From the NCBI GenBank assembly GCA_965198005.1, contig CBDAOI010000002.1:224001-288000 (forward strand): a stretch of 64,000 nt of DNA, read 5' to 3'. The number at the start of each line of letters is the position of its first letter. The first letter of the stretch is position 1. This document shows, in pieces, positions 1 to 9,400 of this stretch. The notes under the pieces were generated by a model. The model did not search any database. It had not been told where the DNA came from and saw only the letters and a list, made by a program, of their open reading frames with translations. The stretch is from Spirochaetia bacterium. GTDB taxonomy: Bacteria; Spirochaetota; Spirochaetia; SZUA-6; Bin103. The position numbers were made by a program, and so were the translations under genes.

Positions 1-1872
1 CTCGCCGCCGAAGCCGGCCATGAGCTGCTGCGCGGTGCGGTAGTCGCCGGTGCGGTACAGGGCGCTGGCGCGGTAGTAGTGCATGTAAGGTATGACGTGG
101 CCAAGTCCGTGCCGATTGGCGAAGCTGGCCGAAACGCGTCCCAGGGTGGTCGCGGCCGCGCCATGCTCGCCCTGGGCGAAGTGCGCCAGACCCACCAGAT
201 AGCTGCCGAGGATGAACGCCTGCGGTGCCCGCGCACGCAGTTCCGGAGCGCGTTCCGTCAGCACGGCCGCCTGTTCGAGCAGCCGGGGCCACGCCTCGAG
301 CTGATACAGGAGGCGCAGATGATCAACGCGGGCGGCAATCTCATCCGGAAACCGGTTCACGTAGCCGGCCGCCTTCTGCTCGGCTGCCGTCACCTCGCCG
401 GTGCGCCAGAGCAGGACCGTCTCCAACCGCAGGAGCTGGCCGAGCTGGGTTTCGGTGAGCGCCGCCGCCGGCGCCCGCATGGCGGTGCGCAACTCCAGCA
501 GCGCCGCGTGGTAGTCGCCGTCGCGGTACAACGCATGCGCCAGCAGGTAGCGTGCGTTGGTCAGCTCGGCGATCGAGGCCGAGGGATCGTTTTCGTGGGC
601 GGCGACGTAGCGCGCGTACTGCTCCGCGGCCCGCCGGTAGTCCCCCTGCCGCTGCAGCACGTCTCCGAGCCGGAGCACCAGCGGCCATGGATCGGGGCCG
701 CCCACCGCACGCGTGGTCAGCAGCCGCTCGGCCTCCTGCAGGCTCACGACGCCATCCTCCTCGGCTTCCTCGATGTAGGTCTCGGCCAGGTAGAGCGCGG
801 CCGCGTTGCCTATCCCGCTGGTGGGATCCAGATCGATGGCACGGTTCAGCGCCGGCCGCGCGCGATCATAGCTCCCGCGGCGCACGTTCTCGACCCCGAG
901 GTGGAGCCAGAACGCGGCGCGCTGCCGCGAATCCTGGAAACGCCGCTCGGCAGTAAGCGTTACCTTGTCCAGGGCGTCCCGATCGCCGCGCCGTTCGGCG
1001 GCGATGAACAACCGGCGCAGCGCGACCGAAACAATGTCGTCCGGCACCTCTTCGGCGGCGACGATGGCGTTGTAGTCGGACTCGGCCGCTTCGTATTGCT
1101 CAAGCTGCCAGTATGCCTCGGCGCGGTATACCAGAAACTGCGAGCGCCAGCGCTCATCGACGCTGGCAGGATCCCGTTCGTCGGTGAGCAGCAGGAGCTG
1201 CCGGTAGCGCCCTTGCAGCGCGTACACGTACGCCAGCACGATCTCGCCGAATTCCGCCGCGGGTGGCGGCCCCGGGAGCTCCAGCAGGCGCTGCAGCGCG
1301 CTCACGGCCCCGTCCAGTGCCTGGCGGCCGACGTCGCTCTCGGAACCGACCTCCGCGGCCAGGCCGACGTCAGCCAGTCCCCGGTAGAGCAACGCCTGTG
1401 GAATGAGGTCCTGGTCGGTCGCGCTGTCGAGCGTCGCGGAGTCGAGAAACGCGGTCAGACTGGCGGAAGCCCGGTCGTGTTCCTGCAACTCGTACAGCGA
1501 GATCCCGGCCCAGAAGTTGACGAAGCGCAGGTACCTGGTGTTGCGATGGCGAACCTGCACCTGCTCGAACGAGGCGACCGCGTCGTTGTGGCGGCCGAGC
1601 TGAGCCTGTGCCACGCCCACCCGATAGGCGGCGTCGCCGGCCAACTCGGACAGCGGATAGCGCTCGATAAAGTCCTGGTAGGCCTCGAGGGCGAATGCGT
1701 AGTTGCCACCGCGGAAGCGGCGTTCAGCCTCGGCGAACAGGTCGCGCTCGGCGCTGGACGCCGCCGCCTGCACCGCCACCAGCACGCAGGCCGCGACCAA
1801 CCCGCGGCGCATCCACCGGAGCCACCGCCGGCCCGACTGCGCGCGCCGCGGGCTGACCGCGGCCGTGGCCAC
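1..1872 (-). CDS. Tetratricopeptide-repeat (TPR) protein, probably exported; runs off the left window edge
   Basis: Translated by hand (absent from the ORF track because there is no stop in the window): GTG at 1872 or ATG at 1812, hydrophobic signal-like segment, then TPR-like helices (LFAEAERRFRGGNYAFALEAYQDFIERYPLSELAGDAAY). The 79..1968 + ORF is its antisense shadow. Confidence 0.8.
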   Translation of the reverse strand, partial: MATAAVSPRRAQSGRRWLRWMRRGLVAACVLVAVQAAASSAERDLFAEAERRFRGGNYAFALEAYQDFIERYPLSELAGDAAYRVGVAQAQLGRHNDAVASFEQVQVRHRNTRYLRFVNFWAGISLYELQEHDRASASLTAFLDSATLDSATDQDLIPQALLYRGLADVGLAAEVGSESDVGRQALDGAVSALQRLLELPGPPPAAEFGEIVLAYVYALQGRYRQLLLLTDERDPASVDERWRSQFLVYRAEAYWQLEQYEAAESDYNAIVAAEEVPDDIVSVALRRLFIAAERRGDRDALDKVTLTAERRFQDSRQRAAFWLHLGVENVRRGSYDRARPALNRAIDLDPTSGIGNAAALYLAETYIEEAEEDGVVSLQEAERLLTTRAVGGPDPWPLVLRLGDVLQRQGDYRRAAEQYARYVAAHENDPSASIAELTNARYLLAHALYRDGDYHAALLELRTAMRAPAAALTETQLGQLLRLETVLLWRTGEVTAAEQKAAGYVNRFPDEIAARVDHLRLLYQLEAWPRLLEQAAVLTERAPELRARAPQAFILGSYLVGLAHFAQGEHGAAATTLGRVSASFANRHGLGHVIPYMHYYRASALYRTGDYRTAQQLMAGFGGE

Positions 1873-2147
1873 ATCTGTAAAGTGTTTTCGATTCGGCAGC
1901 GGCGCGCGAGCGCTGGCTGCCGTGTCCGCGGGGGCGAGCACCGCACGTTCCTCCAATGTCCCACCTGACCGGGGAGCCGGACGGCGCAACTCACCGCGCG
2001 GGCGGGGAGCGGACGCCGATTGCCGGTCCAGCAAGGTATGGTCTCCAATCTTAGTAACGGCACCTCCAAGCCGCTGCTGAAGGGCGCTTACGCTGGCGGC
2101 GTAAAGCGGCGTCGAAGACGGAGGCCGTTCGCCGGTTCGGTGGGACG

Positions 2148-3482
2148 CTACTCGCGGAACTCCACCGTGACCGGTACTTCGGAGAATCCCAGCTCGCCGC
2201 GGATGCGGTTCTCGAGAAACCGGCGGTAGGCGGCGCCGGCGCCGCGCGCACGGTTGACGAAGCATACGAACCGTACCGGGTTGGCGCCGGTCTGGGTGGC
2301 GTACTTGACGCGCACTTCGCGCCCGCGCACCGTGGGCACGTATTCTCGCGCCCAGCGCGCCAGCGCCTGGTTGAGCTTCGGCGTGGGGACCGTATGGGTG
2401 AGCTGCCGGTGCAACTCCACCACCTTGCCCAGCATGCGCTCGAGCCCGTGACCGGTTCGGCCGGACAGGGCCAGGACAGGAGCGAAGCCGAGCACCGGAA
2501 ACTGGAACCGGATCCGGTCGACCATCGCCTCCAGCAGGTTGGGCTGCGCGGCTACCAGATCCCACTTGCTCAGCGCCACCAGCACCGCCACCCCGCGGCG
2601 GATGGCCAAGGCGGCGATCCGCTTGTCCTGCTCCGCCAATCCCTGCTGCGCGTCCACCAGGAGGAGCGCGACGTCCACCTCTCCCAGCAGCGCCGCCGCG
2701 CGGTTGACCGCGTAGTACTCCACGTCGGTCGCCACCTTCGAGCGGCGGCGCATGCCGGCGGTATCCACCACCTCGAGCGGCGTGTCGCGGAACACGAGCC
2801 GGCCGATCACCGGGTCGCGGGTCGTGCCGGGCAAGCCGCTGACCAGCGCGCGCTCCTCGCCCAGCAGGCGGTTGAGGAGGGTCGACTTGCCGGTATTGGG
2901 CCTGCCGGCGATCGCCAGCCGGACCGCGCCGTCCACGCCGCCGCCGGTGCGTCCGGGTGCGCGCGCGGCCGCAGGATCGGGCGGCCGCGCCGGCAGTCGG
3001 GCCGCCAGCTCCTCCAGCAATGCCGAGATGTTGCGTCCGTGGGCGGCGGACACCGGCACCACCGTACGGTAACCGAGACGATGAAACTCCCAGGCGGCGT
3101 CCTGGCGCGCCGCGTGGTCGACCTTGTTCACCACTACCACGACCCGGTCGCTCGCCGGCCGCAGTTGCCGAGCCAGCTCCTCGTCTTCCGGCATCAGGCC
3201 GGTCACGTCGACCACGAACAACACCACGGCGGCCCCGGCGACCCGACCGAGCGCGCGTACGCCGACCGCCTCGCCGAGCGCATCCACCGGCGCGCCGATG
3301 CCGCCGGTATCCACCAGCCGCACGTTCCTGCCGGCCAGCTCACAATGTTCCTCCACCGTGTCGCGGGTTACCCCCGGGGTGGCGGCGGTAATGGCGCGCC
3401 GGCGCGCCAGCAGCCGATTGAACAGGGTCGACTTCCCGACGTTCGGGCGGCCCACGATCGCTACCAGCTCCAACCTTTCCAT
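2148..3482 (-). CDS. der: Ribosome biogenesis GTPase Der (EngA)
   Basis: Two tandem GTPase domains (GRPNVGKSTLFN, GRPNTGKSTLLN, DTGG/DTAG, NKVD) and a KH-like C-terminus. Confidence 0.97.
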   Translation of the reverse strand: MERLELVAIVGRPNVGKSTLFNRLLARRRAITAATPGVTRDTVEEHCELAGRNVRLVDTGGIGAPVDALGEAVGVRALGRVAGAAVVLFVVDVTGLMPEDEELARQLRPASDRVVVVVNKVDHAARQDAAWEFHRLGYRTVVPVSAAHGRNISALLEELAARLPARPPDPAAARAPGRTGGGVDGAVRLAIAGRPNTGKSTLLNRLLGEERALVSGLPGTTRDPVIGRLVFRDTPLEVVDTAGMRRRSKVATDVEYYAVNRAAALLGEVDVALLLVDAQQGLAEQDKRIAALAIRRGVAVLVALSKWDLVAAQPNLLEAMVDRIRFQFPVLGFAPVLALSGRTGHGLERMLGKVVELHRQLTHTVPTPKLNQALARWAREYVPTVRGREVRVKYATQTGANPVRFVCFVNRARGAGAAYRRFLENRIRGELGFSEVPVTVEFRE

Positions 3483-3610
3483 CGTGCCTCACCCCAACAT
3501 GGAGTCGGCGCCCGCGTCAAACCGGTTGCCGGTCCGCCACTGCCCGCCCGCCCGGAGTGCCCGGTTCAACCTGGCGCGGGCGCATGCCGATTGTCTAGAC
3601 GAGACCCGGC

Positions 3611-4501
3611 ATGGCGAGAACACGGAGCAGGCCCCAGCCGAAGCAGCAGAAGAAGGCATCGCTCGGGATGCTGTTCTGGACCGCGTTCATGCTGCTCACT
3701 TTCGTGGTCTTCCTGTCGAATCGGACCACCATCTACGACGTGCTGGAGCGCACCGACCTGGTAGCCGTGCTGCAGCGCTCGTTCCAGCGTTCGGTGGAGG
3801 GCACGCTGGGGCGCGGAGACCCGCCGGCGGCCGCGGATGACCATCTGCTCCACCGGCCGGAGTCGCCATCGGCGGCGCAGCCGTCCCGGCCTCCGAACGA
3901 GCAGCCGGCGCCGCGCCGCGTGCCGGAGCCGGACCGGGGGTCCGCAACGCCTCAGCCAACCGCGCCGGAGCGGACACTCCCGCCGGATCGGGCACCCGCA
4001 CCCGAGCGCGCACCCGCGCCGGAGCCGGCCGCGGCGGCCCCGGCTGCGGGCGAGCCGGAATCCCGGCCGGCGCTGGTGCAGTCCAGCCGGCGCATCTTCT
4101 TCGTGAACGTCACCGAAGCGGGGAGGGTCGCCGTGCGCGGCGTCAACCGCACCATCGCCGACTCGGGCGCGCCGCTGTCCGCCACCCTGGCCACGCTGTT
4201 CGCCGGTCCGGACACCCTGGAGATGAGCCAGGGATTGATCACCCTGATCCCGCGCGACGTGACCCTCAACCGGGTCTACGTCACCGAACGGATCGCCTAC
4301 GTCGACGTCGACGAGAGCTTTCGCTTCAACCCCCTCGGCCGGGACGGGCTCAACGCCCAGCTCCAACAGGTGGTGTTCTCGGCAACCGAGTTTCCCACCG
4401 TCCAGTTGGTCCAGATCCTGATCGACGGCCGCCGCGTGAACTACCTGGGACCGGAAGGAATCTTCATCGGCGAGCCGATCGGCCGCGAAGCGTTCCAGTA
4501 G
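3611..4501 (+). CDS. GerMN domain-containing membrane-anchored protein
   Basis: N-terminal TM helix, Pro-rich linker, C-terminal LFAGPD...LITLIP...AYVDVDESF...QVVFSATEFPTVQLVQILIDG typical of GerMN. Confidence 0.8.
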   Translation: MARTRSRPQPKQQKKASLGMLFWTAFMLLTFVVFLSNRTTIYDVLERTDLVAVLQRSFQRSVEGTLGRGDPPAAADDHLLHRPESPSAAQPSRPPNEQPAPRRVPEPDRGSATPQPTAPERTLPPDRAPAPERAPAPEPAAAAPAAGEPESRPALVQSSRRIFFVNVTEAGRVAVRGVNRTIADSGAPLSATLATLFAGPDTLEMSQGLITLIPRDVTLNRVYVTERIAYVDVDESFRFNPLGRDGLNAQLQQVVFSATEFPTVQLVQILIDGRRVNYLGPEGIFIGEPIGREAFQ

Positions 4502-5444
4502 CGCCCCAAGACCGCCGCCTGTCGGCATCGTTCGCACTCAGACGACCCCCACCACCCCTCAGCCGTGGGTCGAGCAGATCCCGCACCGCGTCGCCGAACA
4601 TGTTGAGGCAGTACACGACAATCGTCAGGCAAAGACCCGGCCAGAGAGCCAGGCGTGGCGCCATCTCCATGTATTCACGCCCTTCCCGGCTGAGCATACC
4701 TCCCCAGTCAGGAATCCCGGAAGGCAGACCGAATCCGAGGAAGCTCAGAGAAGCCGCAGAGATAATCACCCCACCGACGTTGATGCTGAAGACGATGATG
4801 ATCGGTGCCATGATATTAGGCAGGACATGGCGAGTCAGGATTTGACCCGTGGGCGTGCCCACGGCCCGGGCGGCCTGAAAATAGTCATTCTCTTTGAGGC
4901 CGATCACCGCGCCTCGCATGATTCGAGAACCGCCGATGCCTCCTGATATCCCCAGGACCAGTATTATCTGTAACAACCCCTGACCCACTAGACTCATTAT
5001 GGTCAACAACAGGAGCAGTCCCGGGAAAGATATCCAGGCATCGACAAATCTCTGCACAACCAGGTCCAATTTGCCACCAAGGAATCCTGAAATGCCGCCT
5101 ATCAGGGTACTGACCATAACATTGAGAGTGGTCGCCGCCAGACCGACCAGTAAGGAAAGACGAGCACCCTGGATAAGGCGGCTCAAGAGGTCTCGCCCCG
5201 CCTGGTCGGTACCCAGCAGATACCGGGCTGATGAGCCCTGCAGCCTGTCTACGAGGTGTATCTCGTCATATGGATAAGGAGCCAGAACATCGGCAAAGAT
5301 CCCCACCAGGATCAAGAGCAAGACGACCATCCCGCAGGCAGTACCCAGAGGCTTCTCCGTCCACAACCTGATGAAGAAATCGGCCAGCCCTGCACGTCTC
5401 TTTTGCTCGCTTACTGCCGATGCTATCCCTGTGGCGTCGCCCAT
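4464..5444 (-). CDS. Dpp/Opp-type ABC transporter permease (DppC-like), cassette 1
   Basis: LLGTDQAGRD, EAA-like YFQAARAVG...RHVLPN and NMFGDAVRDLLDPRLR motifs. Confidence 0.93.
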   Translation of the reverse strand: MGDATGIASAVSEQKRRAGLADFFIRLWTEKPLGTACGMVVLLLILVGIFADVLAPYPYDEIHLVDRLQGSSARYLLGTDQAGRDLLSRLIQGARLSLLVGLAATTLNVMVSTLIGGISGFLGGKLDLVVQRFVDAWISFPGLLLLLTIMSLVGQGLLQIILVLGISGGIGGSRIMRGAVIGLKENDYFQAARAVGTPTGQILTRHVLPNIMAPIIIVFSINVGGVIISAASLSFLGFGLPSGIPDWGGMLSREGREYMEMAPRLALWPGLCLTIVVYCLNMFGDAVRDLLDPRLRGGGGRLSANDADRRRSWGATGTLRGRSARR

Positions 5445-5462
5445 ATTCCCGGTTCCCCCCCC

Positions 5463-6464
5463 TTATCTATAACGGACCCTGGGGTCTAAATAAGGATAAA
5501 TCAGGTCGGTAAGTAGAATGCTAAGCATAACTACGGTGCCGAAAAACAGGTTTACTCCGGAGACCACCAGGTAGTCTCTTCTATCGAGGGCATCCAGAAA
5601 TAAACGACCTAGCCCCGGCAGGTTGAATATGTTCTCTATGATAACGGAGCCACCTACCAGGATCGGCAACTGCAGGCCGATCAGCGACACCACCGGGATG
5701 AGGGCATTTTTGATGGCGTGTCTGATAATAACTACCCTCTCCTTGAGACCCTTGGCCCAGGCGGTCCTGATATAGTCCTGCCGGAGCACCTCCAGCATCA
5801 TGGTGCGTGTCATCCGCATGGTGCTTGCAGCACCGGCCGTCCCCAGGATCAGGCTGGGAATGATGAGCACCGCGAGATTCCCCAGGGGATCTTCCGTGAA
5901 AGGAACCCACGTCGTCGGTGGCGCCCAGCCCCACCAGATGGCCGGGAAGATCATGACCATGAGGGCCAGCCAGAAGTTAGGCGTTGCCAGGCCGATGACG
6001 GCGATAGAGCGCCCCGCGTAGTCGGCGACCGTATCCTGGCGAATCGCCGAGTAGATGCCGACCGGCAGGGCTATCGCTAGCCCGATTACGATTGACAACA
6101 AACCAAGCTCAATGGTTACCGGCAATCTACCTAATATCTCCTCCTCTATCGGCAAAGGGCTGCCCCACATTGATTCGCCAAGGGTGCCCTGGAGGATACC
6201 GTTGAAGTGGGACTCCTTGGTAATCGGGTCAGGGGTTGGCAACGCTCCTATCCAGCGTCCATACTGCACGTAGACAGGCACGTCTAATCCAAGCATACGC
6301 TCAAAAGCTTCACGGTCAACCTCCCCGTAGTAGTGTTCCATCTGACCCACCATCACGTCTATTATATCGCCGGGGATGAAGCGGACCGCGAGAAAGACCA
6401 GGATGGTCAATATAAACAGGGTGGGGATTATCAGCAATAACCGCCTGATGATATAGGCTCTCAG
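5463..6464 (-). CDS. Dpp/Opp-type ABC transporter permease (DppB-like), cassette 1
   Basis: RAYIIRRLLLIIPTL N-terminus, EVLRQDYIRTAWAKGL...RHAIKNA and YLDPRVRY. Probable CTG start at 6464 after GGAGGAG; the ORF track starts at TTG 6437. Confidence 0.93.
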   Translation of the reverse strand: MRAYIIRRLLLIIPTLFILTILVFLAVRFIPGDIIDVMVGQMEHYYGEVDREAFERMLGLDVPVYVQYGRWIGALPTPDPITKESHFNGILQGTLGESMWGSPLPIEEEILGRLPVTIELGLLSIVIGLAIALPVGIYSAIRQDTVADYAGRSIAVIGLATPNFWLALMVMIFPAIWWGWAPPTTWVPFTEDPLGNLAVLIIPSLILGTAGAASTMRMTRTMMLEVLRQDYIRTAWAKGLKERVVIIRHAIKNALIPVVSLIGLQLPILVGGSVIIENIFNLPGLGRLFLDALDRRDYLVVSGVNLFFGTVVMLSILLTDLIYPYLDPRVRYR

Positions 6465-6479
6465 CTCACACTCCTCCTT

Positions 6480-6980
6480 GTCATTGCCAACCCTCTTTTG
6501 TCATTGCGGTATATATCCCAACCCCGTATCAGGTACGGGGCAGGCTCCCGTCATTCCCGCGAAAGCGGGAATCCACCTTCCCCCGTCATTGCGGTGAAAA
6601 CCGCAATCCAGTCCCATCTCCATCCCCTTGCCCGGCTGGCGCGGCACTCTCTAAGGTGCGAACGACCCCTGCCAAGAAACTCGCCTCTCACCGTTTTGGG
6701 GAGTCCAGAGGGGTGAAACCCCTCTGAAACGGGGGTTCAAGGGGGTGTCCCCCTTGATTCCCCTGTCCAGGGTTCAAGGATCACTCGATAGAACACCTGT
6801 AGCCCATCGTTGGTGAAGGCCCCATCCCCCTGTATCCCCCTTTCCCGTCATTCCCAGCCTTGTCCTGAACGAAGTTGAAGGGCGAAAGCGGGAATCCAGA
6901 GTAATTTCAAATGGTTGCGTTTTCTGGATTCCGGGTCTTCGCCCGGAATGACAGTAAGAAGGCGCGCCTCGCAATGACAT
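6480..6980. repeat. Cluster of REP-like palindromic repeats (GTCATT-type and GGGGGTGTCCCCC-type)
   Basis: GTCATTCCCGCGAAAGCGGGAATCC (6550-6574), GTCATTGCGGTGAAAACCGCAATCC (6585-6609), an interrupted copy (6847-6897), an inverted copy (~6924-6951) and hairpins at ~6698-6760. Confidence 0.75.
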
Positions 6981-6987
6981 GGTGTAT

Positions 6988-7024
6988 GGGAGCCGGGAGG
7001 CTTGAGCCTCCCAGCTCCCTTTTT
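6988..7024. terminator. Strong hairpin downstream of dppA1 (terminator or mRNA-stabilising stem)
   Basis: GGGAGCCGGGAGGC-TTGA-GCCTCCCAGCTCCC followed by a T run on the + strand only. Confidence 0.55.
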
Positions 7025-7055
7025 CCCTAAGGTCAGCCACAAGGGGATGAAACCC

Positions 7056-8852
7056 CTAATGACCCATTGCTTTCTTTAGCTCACTATCAATCCAGAGGCG
7101 GGCGAAGAAGTTATCTTGGTGACCGGTTCCCAACCAGACTTCACCGTTATAACCCATGACCCACGGCTGGGTTACGTTCCACTGTGAGATTTCGCCACCC
7201 CATATGGTCCAGTGCCTCTCTATCCCTAACATAGCTGCCTCTCTAGTCAGCCTCTGCGCCTCCTCAAGGGTGTCAGCTTTCTGAAACGCTTCGTACATGG
7301 CGTCATAATCCGGGTCGTTCACTGCGGAAGAGTTCCATGACATCGTCGACACGTACTGCCTTGGAAAGCCACCACTAGGCTTGTACCTGTTGGCTGCTGA
7401 CGTAGACCTCATTTCAAAAAGTCGGCTCGTTCCTTTAGCGGCCCACTCAGGTATTGGCGGTACCTGAACCTCGACATCAACGCCAATCTCACCCCAGTAT
7501 GCAGCGCACAACCCTGCAAAGGTCTCATCGTACCGCGAGAAGTGGCTCAACACGGTCTTGAAGCGAATGCCGTCCGCGCCGCGAGGATACCCAGCCGCAT
7601 CAAGCAACGCTTCTGCACCTGCCGGGTCATAGGTATAGAATTTCTTGACCTCTTCGGGCCACTCTTCAAATGGGGTGCTCCACCCTTTCATATCATCGGC
7701 AATCTGCCCCTGAGGTCTGGTAGATCCATAACCCTTATAGTAGGTAGCGTAAATTGTCTCAAGGTCGAGTGCCATCTGCATTGCCTGGCGCACCCTGATG
7801 TCGTCAAAGGGCGGATTATTCACGTTCATACCAAAAGAATTATTCGACCGAAAAAGATACTTCCACAACACGATTTCGGGGTTGGTCCGCTGGAGACTCT
7901 CTAGCTGGTCGATAGACCTTATTGGAACGTCGCCGTTTTGACCCATGTAATCAAGCTTACCCGTGCGCAGTGCCGCCAGGCGTGTCGCTGGCACTGGCAT
8001 AACCAGGCCCACTAACTTGTCAATATAGGGCAAGCGGTTCTCCGGGTATTTTTCGTCGTAGGCCCAGTAGTCAGGGTTCTTGGTATAGGTGGTAGAGGTG
8101 TCCTCGACCACGTTAGTCAGCTCATAGGGCCCAGTGCCGACCAGGTTCCGCCAGTCCTTAGCGTCTCCGTGTTCCTTGATTACCTCGGGGGGATATATCC
8201 AAACAGCCCATTGGTCGATGATATTGTCTATCGCAAAGAGGGATGGCTCATTCAGCTTAAACTCAACCGTCCATTTGTCGGTGGCCGTTACCGATTCGAC
8301 TATTGATGTGTCCCAGTAACGGTTGGGGGACGGTTCGGTAAAGCCACTGCCCAGACCATAATAACGGTGATAGTTCCATTCAACGTCATAGGCATCGAAC
8401 TCCCGACCGTTCATCGGCGCCTTATCGTGCCAGTGAACGCCCTGGCGGATTTTGAAGACATAAGTCAGCGGGTCGGGTTGCTCCCAGCTTTCCGCCAGAG
8501 CCCCTTTTAGGGCCCATGGAGGAGAGCTCTGATCATTCCAGGCATATTCTTCTCTATCTATTCCCCAGTCGCCGATGCTTAGCTTCTCTAGAACGGGGGT
8601 GATAAAGGAAGTGGTCACACTGCCACCGTGGAACCAAATGTCAGTACTCTCAGCCATGGTCAACTCGGCATGGGTGAGTGTCCCGCCATACTCTGGCGCG
8701 GTGAACACCCTGCCGCTGGTGGGGTCGGTGACATACCTCTTGTCGGCAGCGGCTGCCGGCTCCTCATCTGCGCCAGCGGCCCAGAGGCCGGTCGCGCTCA
8801 TTACGAGGACCAACGCAAACGCGAAGGTCATTCTAATTCTTACAATATTCAT
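7056..8852 (-). CDS. ABC transporter substrate-binding protein, family 5 (DppA/OppA-like), cassette 1
   Basis: Signal peptide, then YGGTLT, LAESWEQPDPLTYVFKIRQGVHWHD, VGTGPY and PPFDDIRVRQAM. ATG at 8852 follows a GGAGA RBS. Confidence 0.93.
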   Translation of the reverse strand: MNIVRIRMTFAFALVLVMSATGLWAAGADEEPAAAADKRYVTDPTSGRVFTAPEYGGTLTHAELTMAESTDIWFHGGSVTTSFITPVLEKLSIGDWGIDREEYAWNDQSSPPWALKGALAESWEQPDPLTYVFKIRQGVHWHDKAPMNGREFDAYDVEWNYHRYYGLGSGFTEPSPNRYWDTSIVESVTATDKWTVEFKLNEPSLFAIDNIIDQWAVWIYPPEVIKEHGDAKDWRNLVGTGPYELTNVVEDTSTTYTKNPDYWAYDEKYPENRLPYIDKLVGLVMPVPATRLAALRTGKLDYMGQNGDVPIRSIDQLESLQRTNPEIVLWKYLFRSNNSFGMNVNNPPFDDIRVRQAMQMALDLETIYATYYKGYGSTRPQGQIADDMKGWSTPFEEWPEEVKKFYTYDPAGAEALLDAAGYPRGADGIRFKTVLSHFSRYDETFAGLCAAYWGEIGVDVEVQVPPIPEWAAKGTSRLFEMRSTSAANRYKPSGGFPRQYVSTMSWNSSAVNDPDYDAMYEAFQKADTLEEAQRLTREAAMLGIERHWTIWGGEISQWNVTQPWVMGYNGEVWLGTGHQDNFFARLWIDSELKKAMGH

Positions 8853-8994
8853 ACGTTTCTCCGTATGTAGATTTTTCGAGAGTATTGCGGAGCGGCCGGC
8901 CGCTCCCTGGCTACTCTCACGCGCGCAACGCTTGCTGCCAGTCTGAGTCAATACTGAAAGCGCGCGGCGTGTGACTCAGCGGGTTCACCCCGGC

Positions 8995-9030
8995 TCACGC
9001 CGCGCGCGCGTGCGGTTCTTTCAGTATCAT
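8995..9030 (-). CDS. Candidate 11-aa leader peptide MILKEPHARAA
   Basis: Near-perfect SD AAGGAGGTGA just upstream of the ATG; the ORF lies in the 5' arm of a long hairpin (8951-9027). Confidence 0.4.
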   Translation of the reverse strand: MILKEPHARAA

Positions 9031-9400
9031 CTTCACCTCCTTCTTGGGGCACAGGGTGCCCTGCCAGACGGCTGACGTAAGATGGGATCCGCGTGCGCGC
9101 CCCATCATGCAAGCACCGACCGCTCCGCGGACCCACACTGGGTGGTGGTCGGCGCAGCAGCGAATCTGAATGGCCGGCAACGCCGGGGGTGAGTTTGCCG
9201 GCAGTCAGTCGCGGGCGGGGATCCGGGACGGTTGCGGTCGCCGGGAAGGGCGCGGGCGGCCCGCATGCCGGTTCGGCGATGGACCAAGCCGGCGCCACCG
9301 ATAGCTACGGCGGTGGTGAAGGCGACGGCGTGCGCGGGGGCACGTACGGGGCGATCAGCCGGAGCGGTTAGATGTTTCTCGGTTCGACAAAGTGGTGGTT

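Noticed and set aside
79-1968. Long + strand ORFs opposite core genes (also 46869-49016, 53514-56525, 56885-60181 and many others)
   Set aside because: Antisense shadow frames of real minus-strand genes, expected at high GC; no recognisable motifs.
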